Position numbers and translations under genes: made by a program. Under the pieces are notes generated by a model. That model saw only the letters and a program-made list of their open reading frames with translations, had not been told where the DNA came from and searched no databases. From assembly GCF_000281045.1 (NCBI RefSeq), contig NW_008246093.1, positions 219,176 through 253,118 on the forward strand: DNA of 33,943 bases. The letters run 5' to 3'. The stretch is from Saprolegnia diclina VS20 (lineage: Eukaryota). Every line of letters begins with the position of its first letter. Position 1 is the stretch's first letter. Positions 1 through 10,081 of this stretch are shown here, piece by piece.

Positions 1-239
1 GACGAGTCTTGAATGTCACAATAGCCAAAGTGCGCACCTTTGGACTTGAAGAAGGCCTTGGCTTGGGTGCAGTACGAGCAGCCTGCAAAGCCAAAGAGCG
101 CGCAGCCGTTGTCTTTGGTGAACTTGGTGATCCAGTCATCCGGGCTGGTCGCTCGGAGGGCGCGGTGGGCCGAGGCAGAGTTGCATACCATCAGGGTGGC
201 AGCGGTGAGAGAGAGAAGCGTCGAGACGGACGAGAGCAT
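1..239 (-). CDS. Secreted glutaredoxin, copy A (5' part only; continues beyond left window edge)
   Basis: Reverse complement of 1-240 matches 1279-1518 with no differences seen. ATG at 239 (minus) gives MLSSVSTLLSLTAATLMVCNSASAHRALRATSPDD...GCSYCTQAK. Confidence 0.8.
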   Translation of the reverse strand, partial: MLSSVSTLLSLTAATLMVCNSASAHRALRATSPDDWITKFTKDNGCALFGFAGCSYCTQAKAFFKSKGAHFGYCDIQDS

Positions 240-1279
240 CGTGAGAAGAAGGAAAATTACGTTGCGAATATGTCCTGTAAAGGCAGTGGCCGAAAACCAA
301 AGTCGTAACTACCCGTGGCAACTACGTACCTATTGGTCTTGTCGACATAGAATAGCTAGCCGATGGATCGTAGCAAGTGAAGCGAACAATCATATGTTAC
401 TGACGTACTGCAATTTGAAGGCTCAGAAACCGGCTCGGCATACCACTTACACTGGTATACCATACTACCGACAGTCGTAGTGATATCGAAAGCGCTGCAT
501 GCATGTGCTATACATCGGATGTGATTTGGTTTCGTGTACGCCCGTGATCTATCGAGCATGATTTGCAATTTTGTGGGATCTCTGAGGCCTCATTGGCTCA
601 GCGCAAAGCAAGAAAACATATGTCTGAAGCCGATAACGGTGTTTTACTACCATACGTTCCGAGACAGATTATTATGCAGGACGCGTGTGCACCGCACATG
701 GCGGGTGACGTTCGATGCGGAGAGCAATCTTGCATCGAAACCATTCGAATGTCATTACCACATTCTTCGCGGACAGTCCAGCGTGGGATCATGCGATGAC
801 AGAGTCAGATGTGATGATGGCGAGGAATCCTAGCCAGTTTCGTGCGTACCACCGACGTGTCATGTCGATGGCCCGCTACGGATTCCAAAAACGTTGACAA
901 CTACAGACTCGAATGGGGCTCGTCGTGTTGGCACCGTTGCGCCAACTTGTGTCCCATTTTGCTTTCCGGTACCGTCTCCGGATGTCCATGGCCCGGAACT
1001 TGGAGTGTTCAACCACTGCATACATCCAAATGACCGTGCACACCATCGCTTTCAACTTATTTTGGGCAACATAATTACCGTGTGTTTCCGTCGAATGCCA
1101 CAAAGTTGGTCCGCGTCATTGCGTCAAGGGGAATGTCGGACATATACCACTGTGAGCCATGGCGTCTGGAAACAACGACCTACTCAAGAGTCGAAAACGT
1201 CGGGCCACGCGCCACATGTGGTGGCGAGTCGAGGCATTTGTGCAGCCTGCTCACAAACCAACTTTCTATCTTCCCCAAG

Positions 1280-1864
1280 ATGCTCTCGTCCGTCTCGACG
1301 CTTCTCTCTCTCACCGCTGCCACCCTGATGGTATGCAACTCTGCCTCGGCCCACCGCGCCCTCCGAGCGACCAGCCCGGATGACTGGATCACCAAGTTCA
1401 CCAAAGACAACGGCTGCGCGCTCTTTGGCTTTGCAGGCTGCTCGTACTGCACCCAAGCCAAGGCCTTCTTCAAGTCCAAAGGTGCGCACTTTGGCTATTG
1501 TGACATTCAAGACTCGTCAACGACTCCGACGGGCCAAGAGATCTACCGCGCCCTCGAGAGTCGCACGCATCAGAACACGGTGCCCAACATTTGGCTCGGC
1601 GGCAAGTTCATCGGCGGCCTGGACGCGTTAAAGAAGCTGGAAAGCAGTGGTCGTCTGGACGCTGCGCTGGCGGCGGCTGGCTGCACCAACAAGCCGACCG
1701 CGAGCCCAACTTCAGACCCTACCTCGGACCCTACCTTGGACCCAACGACGACACCAAGTGACAGTGGGTCGGGATCTGACTCGTGGACCAACTCGGAGCC
1801 CGATTCATGGGCCAACTCAGAGCCGAGCTCGTGGGACGGCTCGAATGCCGACTGCGACGACTAG
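1280..1864 (+). CDS. Secreted dithiol glutaredoxin with Ser/Thr/Pro/Asp-rich C-terminal tail, copy B (194 aa, intronless)
   Basis: Hydrophobic signal peptide ending ASA. Glutaredoxin motifs CSYC (active site), TVPNIW (cis-Pro) and GGKFIGG. Low-complexity tail PTSDPTSDPTLDP...DSWxNSEP. ATG 1280 chosen over the ORF track's upstream non-ATG start. Confidence 0.9.
   Translation: MLSSVSTLLSLTAATLMVCNSASAHRALRATSPDDWITKFTKDNGCALFGFAGCSYCTQAKAFFKSKGAHFGYCDIQDSSTTPTGQEIYRALESRTHQNTVPNIWLGGKFIGGLDALKKLESSGRLDAALAAAGCTNKPTASPTSDPTSDPTLDPTTTPSDSGSGSDSWTNSEPDSWANSEPSSWDGSNADCDD
1706..1837 (+). repeat. Coding tandem repeats in glutaredoxin tail (12-nt x3.5 and 24-nt x2.5)
   Basis: cca act tca gac / cct acc tcg gac / cct acc ttg gac / cca acg (1706-1747); gactcgtggaccaactcggagccc / gattcatgggccaactcagagccg / agctcgtgggac (1778-1837). 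Confidence 0.8.
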
Positions 1865-2486
1865 GACGACCAGCACCAAGTACTGTCCGGCTACTTTTGT
1901 TGCCAAATGTATATTGCTGTACATAACGTCACCCTTTGTTCTCTTGTGGCAATGAATGTATATGAAATATCATGACTTCCGTTTATGGCATCTTTACGAA
2001 AACATCAAGAGTTGAGGGTTGGGCGAGCGTGTCTTTGACGCTGCACGGACACGTCTCGCCGTGACGCAAATAGTCGTATGTATCTGTGGGTGTCGGCGGC
2101 CAGCGGCCAACCTGTCGGGTCCAAGACGAGCCACGACAGCCTAGCCCACAAATGAGGCGGACTCGCCCGGTAGCAGGGCACCGCCGGACGAGCTCGAGGC
2201 GAGCCTGGAGCGTCAACTGACACGAAGCCTTTCTTTTTTCCAACACACAGCTAGAGGATAGAAGGGTTTCTACAAACTTCGTCGCTCCAGACCATGACGA
2301 GTCCACGGGAGCTTTGAACCGCCCACCTGCAGCACTCAGCAGCTTCCAGACGAACCTCATGGCCAAAATTTCGTCCGCGGCGGCAACCTCGCGGCTCATT
2401 CAATGGCCATGACAACTTCAAGGCAGATTTTTCACATTGCGCAGCATCTGCTCGTCAAATTTCTACAGATACACTTTTCTCGCTGG

Positions 2487-2526
2487 TGATTGGCTACGCC
2501 TCGGCAGCCGTGTGTTTTGATTGGTC
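2487..2526 (-). promoter_or_regulatory. Two CCAAT boxes (TGATTGGY on + strand) upstream of the GH18 gene
   Basis: tgattggct at ~2487 and ttgattggtc at ~2517, 80-120 nt upstream of ATG 2604. TGATTGGY/CCAAT is a known oomycete promoter element. Confidence 0.45.
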
Positions 2527-2603
2527 GAATGTCCATGACGTTTGGCGCCCTGCCTTTTCAAGCTTCGCTGCCCGCGATTGCCAGTTTGCCTTTCGTTCCA
2601 AGC

Positions 2604-3974
2604 ATGGCAAAGTGTCATTGGTGGCCGCTCTTTTGTGCTGGTGCGTCCCAAGTCCTCTTGCACTGTCATTGCACTCACCAACCTCTAGCCGTCATCATCA
2701 CGGGCGGCGCCTTTGCGATCACGTACTTTACGCACACAGGCATCTTTGCCGAGAGCTCGTCGTCGTCCAACGACGCTGCCAAGCCGGCGGGCAAACCGAC
2801 CAAGAACGCAACGTGTCCGTACCGCGGGTACTACGCCAACAGCAAGAACGACTGCGTCGCGTGCCCGGCGCCCGGCAAAACGTTTGCCGTCTTTTGGCAG
2901 ACGTACACGGACGGCTGCCTCGATGTACCTATTGTCCTCTTGCACACGGCGAAGGCTTATGCGCGTGGTTAGTTTGTCAAGAGCGATGCCTTCCAGTACA
3001 TTACCCACATTTACTGGGGTTTTGCGCTCATCAACAACCAAACGGGCGAAGTCGCACAGACGTTTCAAGGCAACGATGCGACGCTGCAGACGTGTGTCAA
3101 CGCCATCAAAAAGTACCGCGCTTTGATCCTCTGTTGCCGCATCGATGAACGGAATTTTGTAGAAAGTGCGTCAAGCAGTACGCGAGCATTGGCGGGCAAA
3201 CCGAGCGCGCCAACTTTCTGTCGTTGAATACACCGGCCAAGATTGCTGCGTTTGGCAAATCCGCCGCTGCGCTCGTGCAAAAGTACGTTTAGTTTCGCTC
3301 GATTTCTAGTCATTTTTCCTAAATTTTGGACGTCATGTAGGTTTGGGTTTGACGGCATCGACGTCGACGACGAGAGCGGCAACTTGCTCGCCAAAGGCGA
3401 CTGGAAGACAAACGCGTCGCCCAACGTGGCCTCATACCTCACGTCGCTCCGCACCAACTTGAACGCGCTTCCGCGCAAGAGCCAAGAACCCGCGTACGGC
3501 TTGACATGGGACGAGTTCTTCACCTCGCTGGACCCGACCTGCAATACACCTAGTGGCGACTACCAGCGCTGCTTTGACCCAGCATTGGCGTCCCTCGTTG
3601 ACGAAGTGAACATTATGGCCTACAATGCCGAGACGGGCGTACGCTGTTCCCACAAACCTCTACATTTTCTCATCTCGCTTGCTTAGGTGACGTACGACAC
3701 GCTGCTCACAACGACCGTGCCGACCTTGTGGACCGCTGCGATTCCGCCGGCGAAACTGATCATGGGCGGTTGCGTCGGGACACCGAAAGACCAAGGCGCG
3801 TGCTCATACGGCGCCAGCCCCTCGAGCGCACAGCTTGTCGGGTACGCGACCGACGGCGCCGCAAAGTACGGCGGCACAATGCTCTGGACGGCGTCGACCG
3901 ACATCCTGCTCAACAAAGGTGCAAATATGATTGGCATGGGCAAGGCCGGCAACTACGGCATAACACTTGCGTAA
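2604..3974 (+). CDS. Glycoside hydrolase family 18 (chitinase-like) protein with N-terminal hydrophobic anchor; 6 exons
   Basis: Predicted introns 2641-2688, 2925-2972, 3113-3162, 3283-3340, 3639-3686 (all GT..AG, frame-preserving). The spliced protein has ITHIYWGFA, the SIGG motif, catalytic FDGIDVDDE (DxxDxDxE), VDEVNIMAYN and YGGTMLW. Confidence 0.88.
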
Positions 3975-4323
3975 AATATAATACGGTTTGAACTACAGTC
4001 GTGTCATGGCCATGCATCAGCAAGGTGGTCCATTCGCGGTAATGGTGCGTCAAAACGACACGGGCAAGACGCGTCCAAGCCAAAAAAGAGCCGCAAAGGG
4101 ACCCAGTATCAACGTCAGAATAGCTTTAAAGCACCATAAGCACCTAGCACCGAGCACAAGATCAGCCACCGCAAGCCTCCTTCAGCCGTCAGCTAACGCA
4201 TCAAGACCTGTCAAACGCGCAGAGCCTCGTCGCCGAAACGAAAACCTCTGTTTCGCTATCAAGCCAAAATCGTAGGGTAAATCACGTAATACCCCTCGCC
4301 AAAGAATTGCTTGCGAAGAGCAA

Positions 4324-4364
4324 CCCTACCCCTACCCTACCCCCATATTAATTGCCCTACCCCT
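4324..4364 (-). repeat. CCCTA-type tract; G-quadruplex-forming motif on the minus strand
   Basis: Minus strand reads GGGGG TA GGG TA GGGG TA GGG (4324-4344), followed on the plus strand by a further ccctacccct. Confidence 0.6.
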
Positions 4365-4582
4365 ATGATCCCGTGCTGCTGCAAATCACCGTTGTGACCG
4401 CCATGGCAACTTACTTGATAGCACGACCACGTTGCTAGCTGCCCGCCTCTCCTGTTTTGCTATCTCTCTGTGATCTGGACGCGGAGACCTCGCGTGTCGG
4501 TGGTTACAATAATCACGAACCTGTCGTGTCCCTTATGGCGCGGTTTCGAAAAGAAAAGCGTTTCTATTGCCCAAGCAGCAGC

Positions 4583-7500
4583 ATGGGGCACCGCGTCGCG
4601 CCAGGGCCGACGACCAGTGACGCGACTGCCGTCGACGCCCCGCGCTTGTCTTTTCTCCGCGCGTGGGAGCCTCGCCACCGACTCGGCGTCGTTGGTGGTC
4701 TTGTGTACATTTGGCTCTCGCTGGCGTGCAGCGTCTATTTTTTGTCGCTGACCGTGCCGAGTCTCAGCAGCGACACGTGGTGGCCGCACTACAACGTCTC
4801 GAGCTACGAGCCGCACCTCGTCGACGTCATCAACAATGCCCTCGTGACGCGCAGAGCCGGCTACATCGACGTCGAGAGCGGCGGGCCGCTCGAAGCAACG
4901 GTACCGACGCCCGCGTATGCCCAGCATTTGATCTTCAACGAACTCAACACAGTGGCCTACGCCATCACCAACCTTCGGACGCTTCAAGCCTCGTGGAGTC
5001 TGCGCATGAACACGCAGTACTGTTATGTCGACTTTGAAAAAAAGTTTGAAATCGCCCACACGCGACGACGGCAAGCGCGGTGTGCGGCCAAGTACGCTAC
5101 GAATGGCGCCGTGTACCTCGAGGCCATGCTGCGCAATGCCAACTGGACAGCCTTTGAGTTTGCGTGGGGTCAATACTTTAACGTTGCGGTCAAAACCAGC
5201 CTCGAGGCCACGCGGGACGGTCGGCTCTGGCTCGAAACCACCGCGTCGGCCCGCAAGACAACCTCGATCGACGACGAAATCGCTGTGTGGAGGCAAGCCA
5301 ATCTGACGCACTTTACACTGCAGTGGCAAAATCGATGGTTCACGGGCATCTCGGAAACCATAGCTATCCAGAACGCACTGGGGTGGCAGCACGAGGTGAC
5401 GCTCAAGCTCCTTCCGCGCATGTCGGGGCCGTGGACGTCGTTGCCCATGTACTGGCTCCCGTACAACACCATGTGGCTCATGTCGACGCTAAATCGGAGT
5501 CTTGTGTATGGCAGTGCAAATTACTTTGGCGCGAACCTCTCGTCGTCGATGCCCGCCATCTCGATCGAAGCGTGGGCCAACTTTTACCCGACGCCGGGCA
5601 ACCAGTCAGCCGTTGTGCAGGCGACCATTGGTCCGCTACCGTCGGTCGATACGTGGTTTGTCGCCCTCCCACCTTCTTTGCTTGCGCTCCATGCGTCCCT
5701 TCTACCGTTCTTGGTGTCGGTGGAGACCGACAACGATGCATTTCAGAGAGTGTACAACGCGCTACCGACAACGACCGAGTGGACACCGGTACCGCCGACG
5801 TGGGCAAGCGAAGGATGGACCTACTACGGCGGGAACCCCATGTGTGCGTCGCAGCCACCGACGTCATTTGTGCAAGATACGGCAAACCTCGATGCGCCAT
5901 GCAGTGGGAACGACCCACCACCGCTGAACCTTGCATCGACGCGCGATGCGCTACTGTTTGCCGCTGTCTTGTACAATGGATCATTCTCAACTGCCTCGAT
6001 CTGCACCCTCGACGCTACGCCGTCGGCGTGTAGCATCATCGTGCCGGTGTTAGCTCAGCTCGCCAGCATGGTCGAGCTACCAACGACACTCCAAGTCCAG
6101 CGCGATGCGGCGATTCTCGACACGGCGCTTGTCGGCGCCGAAGTGGTTCAGTTTGCACAACACATGAATCACAGTTGGACGCTGCTTCGGCAGCCGCTCG
6201 TCGAGGTGACGACGTCGAGCTGGCACTTTTTCGGCTGGCTGTTTGTCCACGATTGGCTCTTGCAGCAACGTAGTGTCGTGGCGCTCGAGGGTGATGCGGG
6301 TCGCGTCACGCTCGTCTCAACAGCCCACAAATCGTATGGCGATGTCGTGCTTTTGGGTCGAGCCACTGCGGTGGAATCCGCGTCCAAGGGCGTCTACTAC
6401 TTGCTGACGTATTTCTCAAGTCTGCAGTGCGTCGTGGGCGGTCTCGTCACGTTCTACGCGCTCCAAACACGCCTCCACGTCGTGGGCCGCAATTTGATCT
6501 TCTTCCATCGCGCGGTCGGCGCTGTGTGGATCGGTCGGCCTTTTTTGCTTTTGCGGTCCATGGTTGCGATTGCGATTCTTAGTACGTCCCAGACGGCGCT
6601 GCACACGGATGGTACCGGCGCAAATCGATTTGGCTTTGCGCCGCGGTCCCACTTCGCAACGCTCGTGCTCGCGGGCGACACAACGTGGTTGATTTACATT
6701 TTGCTCGGTATGACCATGGTGCAAACCACGTACGAAGCCAGTGTCTATGGCCCCATCGGGAGTCTCCTGGCCTGGCTGGGCACGGTGCTTCTGGAATTTG
6801 TATCGCCCATTCGCACGACGACGTATCTGGAGCGCTCTTGTGTGAGTCAAAACATGGACTTTGCACTCGTGTGCGAGAGCGGCACGGTTTTCGTCGGCAA
6901 CCAAATTCGTCTCATTGAGCTTGTGAGTGTTCAAGTGCTAGCGGCGCTCGTGGCGGTCGCCATCACGGCGCGCACGCGGCAGTACCGACGCCACGCACCC
7001 TCGCCGATCGTCGTCGCGGGGGCTGCCGACGCCTACTTCCGGCCACCGAGCACCCGCGAGTGGAGCATGGACCCGGCGTCGTGTGCGATGACGGGGCTGT
7101 TGACGCTGTCGCTGCATGGAGTTGCGTACACGTTTGACATTAAACTCTGGCTCGTATTGCAAGACACGCGGTCGTGTGCCCACCAGCGATCGCTCCGGCC
7201 TCGTCGGACCGGGATCACGGACATTCGCGCCCCCGAATTGACGACAGCTGCCGGGTCCCGGGCCGCTCATGGGTTTTGGGCCGTCGCTGGTCTCGGCTTT
7301 GTCTTGGCCAGTGTCGTCACGAGCATTTCGTACATGCAACTCGCCAACGTCAACTTGGCCAACGACCTATGGTGGGCAACCTTCTCGTTGACGGGCGCCC
7401 ATGCACTCTTTGCGAATTGGCTCAACCAGCAGCTCATTCTTGGCGTGACGAGCGACGTGACCGAGCTCACGCGACAGGACATTTTGTGGCCCAGTAAGTT

Positions 7501-9910
7501 TCCCGACGCGAGCGCCATGGTCGCATCGTCGGCCAGCTACGGCGCTCGGTTGCAGTACACGCAGCTCACGCTGATCCAAGATGCCATCCAAGGACTCCGT
7601 GCCTCGAATGGCTGCGATGCGCCTTGGATCTTTACAGCGTACTGCTACGTGGATGTGCAGCAGCGCTGGGGCATGGCCGCCTCGGTTGCCCGCCAGCGCC
7701 GCTGTACGTCCATGACCACCAACGGCGCTGTGTTTCTGGAGCTTACCTTGCGCAATATCGACACGGCGGCATTCTTGCACTGCTGGGGAGACGCCTTTGG
7801 AGCCGCATTCACGAGCGAACTGCAGCAGTCGACCGACGGCGTCGCGTGGCTGGACCGTACGCTGTACGCGGGGTCGCCGCCATTTGGCGCGATGGCCGAC
7901 GAGGTAGCGTACTGGCGTCGCTTCAACGTGAGCCACTACACACCGCAGTGGCAAAACTTCAAGCGCATCGGCATCACCAATCAGTATCGTATTTCGAACG
8001 CGTTTGGCGTGCTCTACCCGTTCACACTGCAGACGCAGCCGAGCGTCTCTCGCATTCCGTTGCAAACTAGCTTCAAAATGTACTGGGGTCTCGCCAACGA
8101 CTTGGGCGTGGCCCGTACCAATGCGACGACACCCAGTTTGCTTCGGTCCAGCTCGCGTTATGTCTATGGTAACGACTCGATCGAAGCGCGTTTGATCGCA
8201 GACCAAACGCTCAGTACGCCGTTCAACGCCGTCTTCTCACTCGTTCGGTCTGTCCTTGGCCCGTTTGGCTCGATCGACGTGTACGTGGTGCCTGTGCCAC
8301 ACGACATCTTGTTGATCGTGCGCTCGATTGCGGCCGTTGGTCGAGCGACCATCGCCACCAACAAGACGCTGCAAGCCGCCTACTTTGGGTTTGCGACCAG
8401 CAGCGCCGTACACCCCGTACCCGCCGCGTGGCTTCAGATGCCCAATCTCAACGCGTACGGTGGCTCATTTCTCTGCAGCGAGCTCGCGCAAAGCGGCGAC
8501 AACCGCGTCATCGCTGGCATCGTCAACCTCGCAAGCTACAGCCTCGTGTGCTCGTCCAATGGTATTTACACCCAAGTGCAGCCCAGCCGCGAGTATATGC
8601 TCTTATCGGCGATTCTCTCGGGCATCGCAGCCGAACCAAACTTGAATCTGAGCACCATTTGTGCTCAAGACGTGACCAACGTACCTGGCTGCCTCGCGTA
8701 CCTCGACCAAACGATCCAGTTCACGCGTCATTTGCTGCCGCTCGTGTCCTCGACGCTCGTGGCGACGGCGACGGCGGTCGTCTCTGCCCTCGACATTCAG
8801 CTCGTTCAGTTTGTCGCCAGCACACCGTCCGACCCGATGACACTACTCGCAGCCAACGTCATTGACCCGGTTGACAAGTCGTTTCATTTCTTTGGCTGGT
8901 GGTTCCTCTGCGACTGGGTCCTCGGGCAGCGCGATGTCCTTCGCTTCACCGGCGACCTGGGCAGCCTCACCGTCCTGAGTGAATACAACGAGCCACTGCA
9001 ACAGCCCGTGGCGCTCTGGCAGTGGCCCCGTGCGATTGCATCGTACGCTCGGTCGGGCGTCTTGTATGTCAGCGGCGTCTTGGTCACTGTCGCGATTTGT
9101 GTCGTCGTCTACATCATCAAGAGCCGCGGGCACTTTGAGGGCGGCAACGTCTTTGAGATCAACCGCGTCGGCGCCGTCGTGTGGGTCGGACGACCGATGC
9201 TGCTGCTGCGCTCCATGACGGCGATCGCACTCCTCTCCACCGCGACGCTCGAACTCGACTTTACCGGGTTTCTGACTCGGTTTATCGTGCCGCCGATGCC
9301 GGTGCTCACGACGCTCCTCGCGGCCGGCGAAGTCACGTGGTTCTCGACGATCGTCAACGACGTAGCCATGGTCTACACCCGGCAGTACACAAGCTACTAC
9401 GCGACGCCGAATGCGTGTCTGATTTGGTTCCTTGCCGGCGCTGCCAGTTTGCTCAAGCCCGTGTCGCACTCGGCGTCGGTTCGAAACGCGTGTAACATCG
9501 GCCGCATGGACGACACCATTGTGTGCGACAGCGGAGTCCTTGAGATTGGCAGTCAGAATCGACTGCTTATGCTGCTCGTGACCGTCTTTGCGTCCAGTTT
9601 GCTCACGTATTTGATTGCGCGGTACCTTGTCAAAGCCCCGGTGTATAACACCGTCGCTTCGCGCTACCTGTATGCCGGCGCGCGGTACCTCTTTGTATCG
9701 GCGCCGTGGGTGCATGACGAAACGTACTTTCTGGACCGCGCCTCGGCGCTGCTCACAGGCATCCTCACGTACCAGAGCAGCCGCGACGAGATCGTGGCGC
9801 TGGACGTGAAAGGCTGGCGTGTCGTGCGGCTGCGACTGCACAAATCATCGTTGCCTCCCGAGTCGTGGCTGGCGGCCCGAGCCCAATATGCGCTCCCCTT
9901 GACCGACTGA
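4583..9910 (+). CDS. Large intronless multi-pass membrane protein (~1,775 aa) of unknown function, built from two homologous halves
   Basis: Open 5.3-kb frame with many hydrophobic segments. Paired motifs between halves: DTWW/DLWW, YCYVD x2, NGAVYLE/NGAVFLE, QWQN x2, WIGRP/WVGRP, FDIKLW/LDVKGW. Resembles an expanded hypothetical family I recall from Saprolegniales genomes. Start could also be ATG 4535. Confidence 0.85.
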   Translation: MGHRVAPGPTTSDATAVDAPRLSFLRAWEPRHRLGVVGGLVYIWLSLACSVYFLSLTVPSLSSDTWWPHYNVSSYEPHLVDVINNALVTRRAGYIDVESGGPLEATVPTPAYAQHLIFNELNTVAYAITNLRTLQASWSLRMNTQYCYVDFEKKFEIAHTRRRQARCAAKYATNGAVYLEAMLRNANWTAFEFAWGQYFNVAVKTSLEATRDGRLWLETTASARKTTSIDDEIAVWRQANLTHFTLQWQNRWFTGISETIAIQNALGWQHEVTLKLLPRMSGPWTSLPMYWLPYNTMWLMSTLNRSLVYGSANYFGANLSSSMPAISIEAWANFYPTPGNQSAVVQATIGPLPSVDTWFVALPPSLLALHASLLPFLVSVETDNDAFQRVYNALPTTTEWTPVPPTWASEGWTYYGGNPMCASQPPTSFVQDTANLDAPCSGNDPPPLNLASTRDALLFAAVLYNGSFSTASICTLDATPSACSIIVPVLAQLASMVELPTTLQVQRDAAILDTALVGAEVVQFAQHMNHSWTLLRQPLVEVTTSSWHFFGWLFVHDWLLQQRSVVALEGDAGRVTLVSTAHKSYGDVVLLGRATAVESASKGVYYLLTYFSSLQCVVGGLVTFYALQTRLHVVGRNLIFFHRAVGAVWIGRPFLLLRSMVAIAILSTSQTALHTDGTGANRFGFAPRSHFATLVLAGDTTWLIYILLGMTMVQTTYEASVYGPIGSLLAWLGTVLLEFVSPIRTTTYLERSCVSQNMDFALVCESGTVFVGNQIRLIELVSVQVLAALVAVAITARTRQYRRHAPSPIVVAGAADAYFRPPSTREWSMDPASCAMTGLLTLSLHGVAYTFDIKLWLVLQDTRSCAHQRSLRPRRTGITDIRAPELTTAAGSRAAHGFWAVAGLGFVLASVVTSISYMQLANVNLANDLWWATFSLTGAHALFANWLNQQLILGVTSDVTELTRQDILWPSKFPDASAMVASSASYGARLQYTQLTLIQDAIQGLRASNGCDAPWIFTAYCYVDVQQRWGMAASVARQRRCTSMTTNGAVFLELTLRNIDTAAFLHCWGDAFGAAFTSELQQSTDGVAWLDRTLYAGSPPFGAMADEVAYWRRFNVSHYTPQWQNFKRIGITNQYRISNAFGVLYPFTLQTQPSVSRIPLQTSFKMYWGLANDLGVARTNATTPSLLRSSSRYVYGNDSIEARLIADQTLSTPFNAVFSLVRSVLGPFGSIDVYVVPVPHDILLIVRSIAAVGRATIATNKTLQAAYFGFATSSAVHPVPAAWLQMPNLNAYGGSFLCSELAQSGDNRVIAGIVNLASYSLVCSSNGIYTQVQPSREYMLLSAILSGIAAEPNLNLSTICAQDVTNVPGCLAYLDQTIQFTRHLLPLVSSTLVATATAVVSALDIQLVQFVASTPSDPMTLLAANVIDPVDKSFHFFGWWFLCDWVLGQRDVLRFTGDLGSLTVLSEYNEPLQQPVALWQWPRAIASYARSGVLYVSGVLVTVAICVVVYIIKSRGHFEGGNVFEINRVGAVVWVGRPMLLLRSMTAIALLSTATLELDFTGFLTRFIVPPMPVLTTLLAAGEVTWFSTIVNDVAMVYTRQYTSYYATPNACLIWFLAGAASLLKPVSHSASVRNACNIGRMDDTIVCDSGVLEIGSQNRLLMLLVTVFASSLLTYLIARYLVKAPVYNTVASRYLYAGARYLFVSAPWVHDETYFLDRASALLTGILTYQSSRDEIVALDVKGWRVVRLRLHKSSLPPESWLAARAQYALPLTD

Positions 9911-10081
9911 CAACTCGCGGTAGCACTCTCTAGTCGAGTACGTGGTGGTTTACCTACAAAGCTACCGGTCCAACCTCAGTCCAATCCCAGTATTACTAAA
10001 AAGGAGCAGTGTTGGCATCCAACCGGCGCTATCGCAAGGAAGATCGGCACGGGGTAGGGTTATCTCAACGATTAGGGTTAT

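Noticed and set aside
1082..1279. Upstream extension of the glutaredoxin ORF (260 aa in the ORF track)
   Set aside because: It starts at a non-ATG codon, is not shared with copy A, and would bury the signal peptide; ATG 1280 is the logical start.
1983..2399. 138-aa minus-strand ORF divergent from the GH18 gene
   Set aside because: It has an ATG and nearby CCAAT boxes, but no recognisable motif and no convincing splice model, so it cannot be supported as a gene.
3988..4275. 95-aa basic ORF between GH18 and the giant gene
   Set aside because: Non-ATG start, A/C-skewed composition and no motif; probably intergenic.
4460..9841. Several long antisense ORFs (310, 279, 332 aa) over the giant gene, with similar ones over the PI3K-like and DAACS genes
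   Set aside because: Expected shadow ORFs from GC-rich third-position codon bias; the translations are not protein-like.
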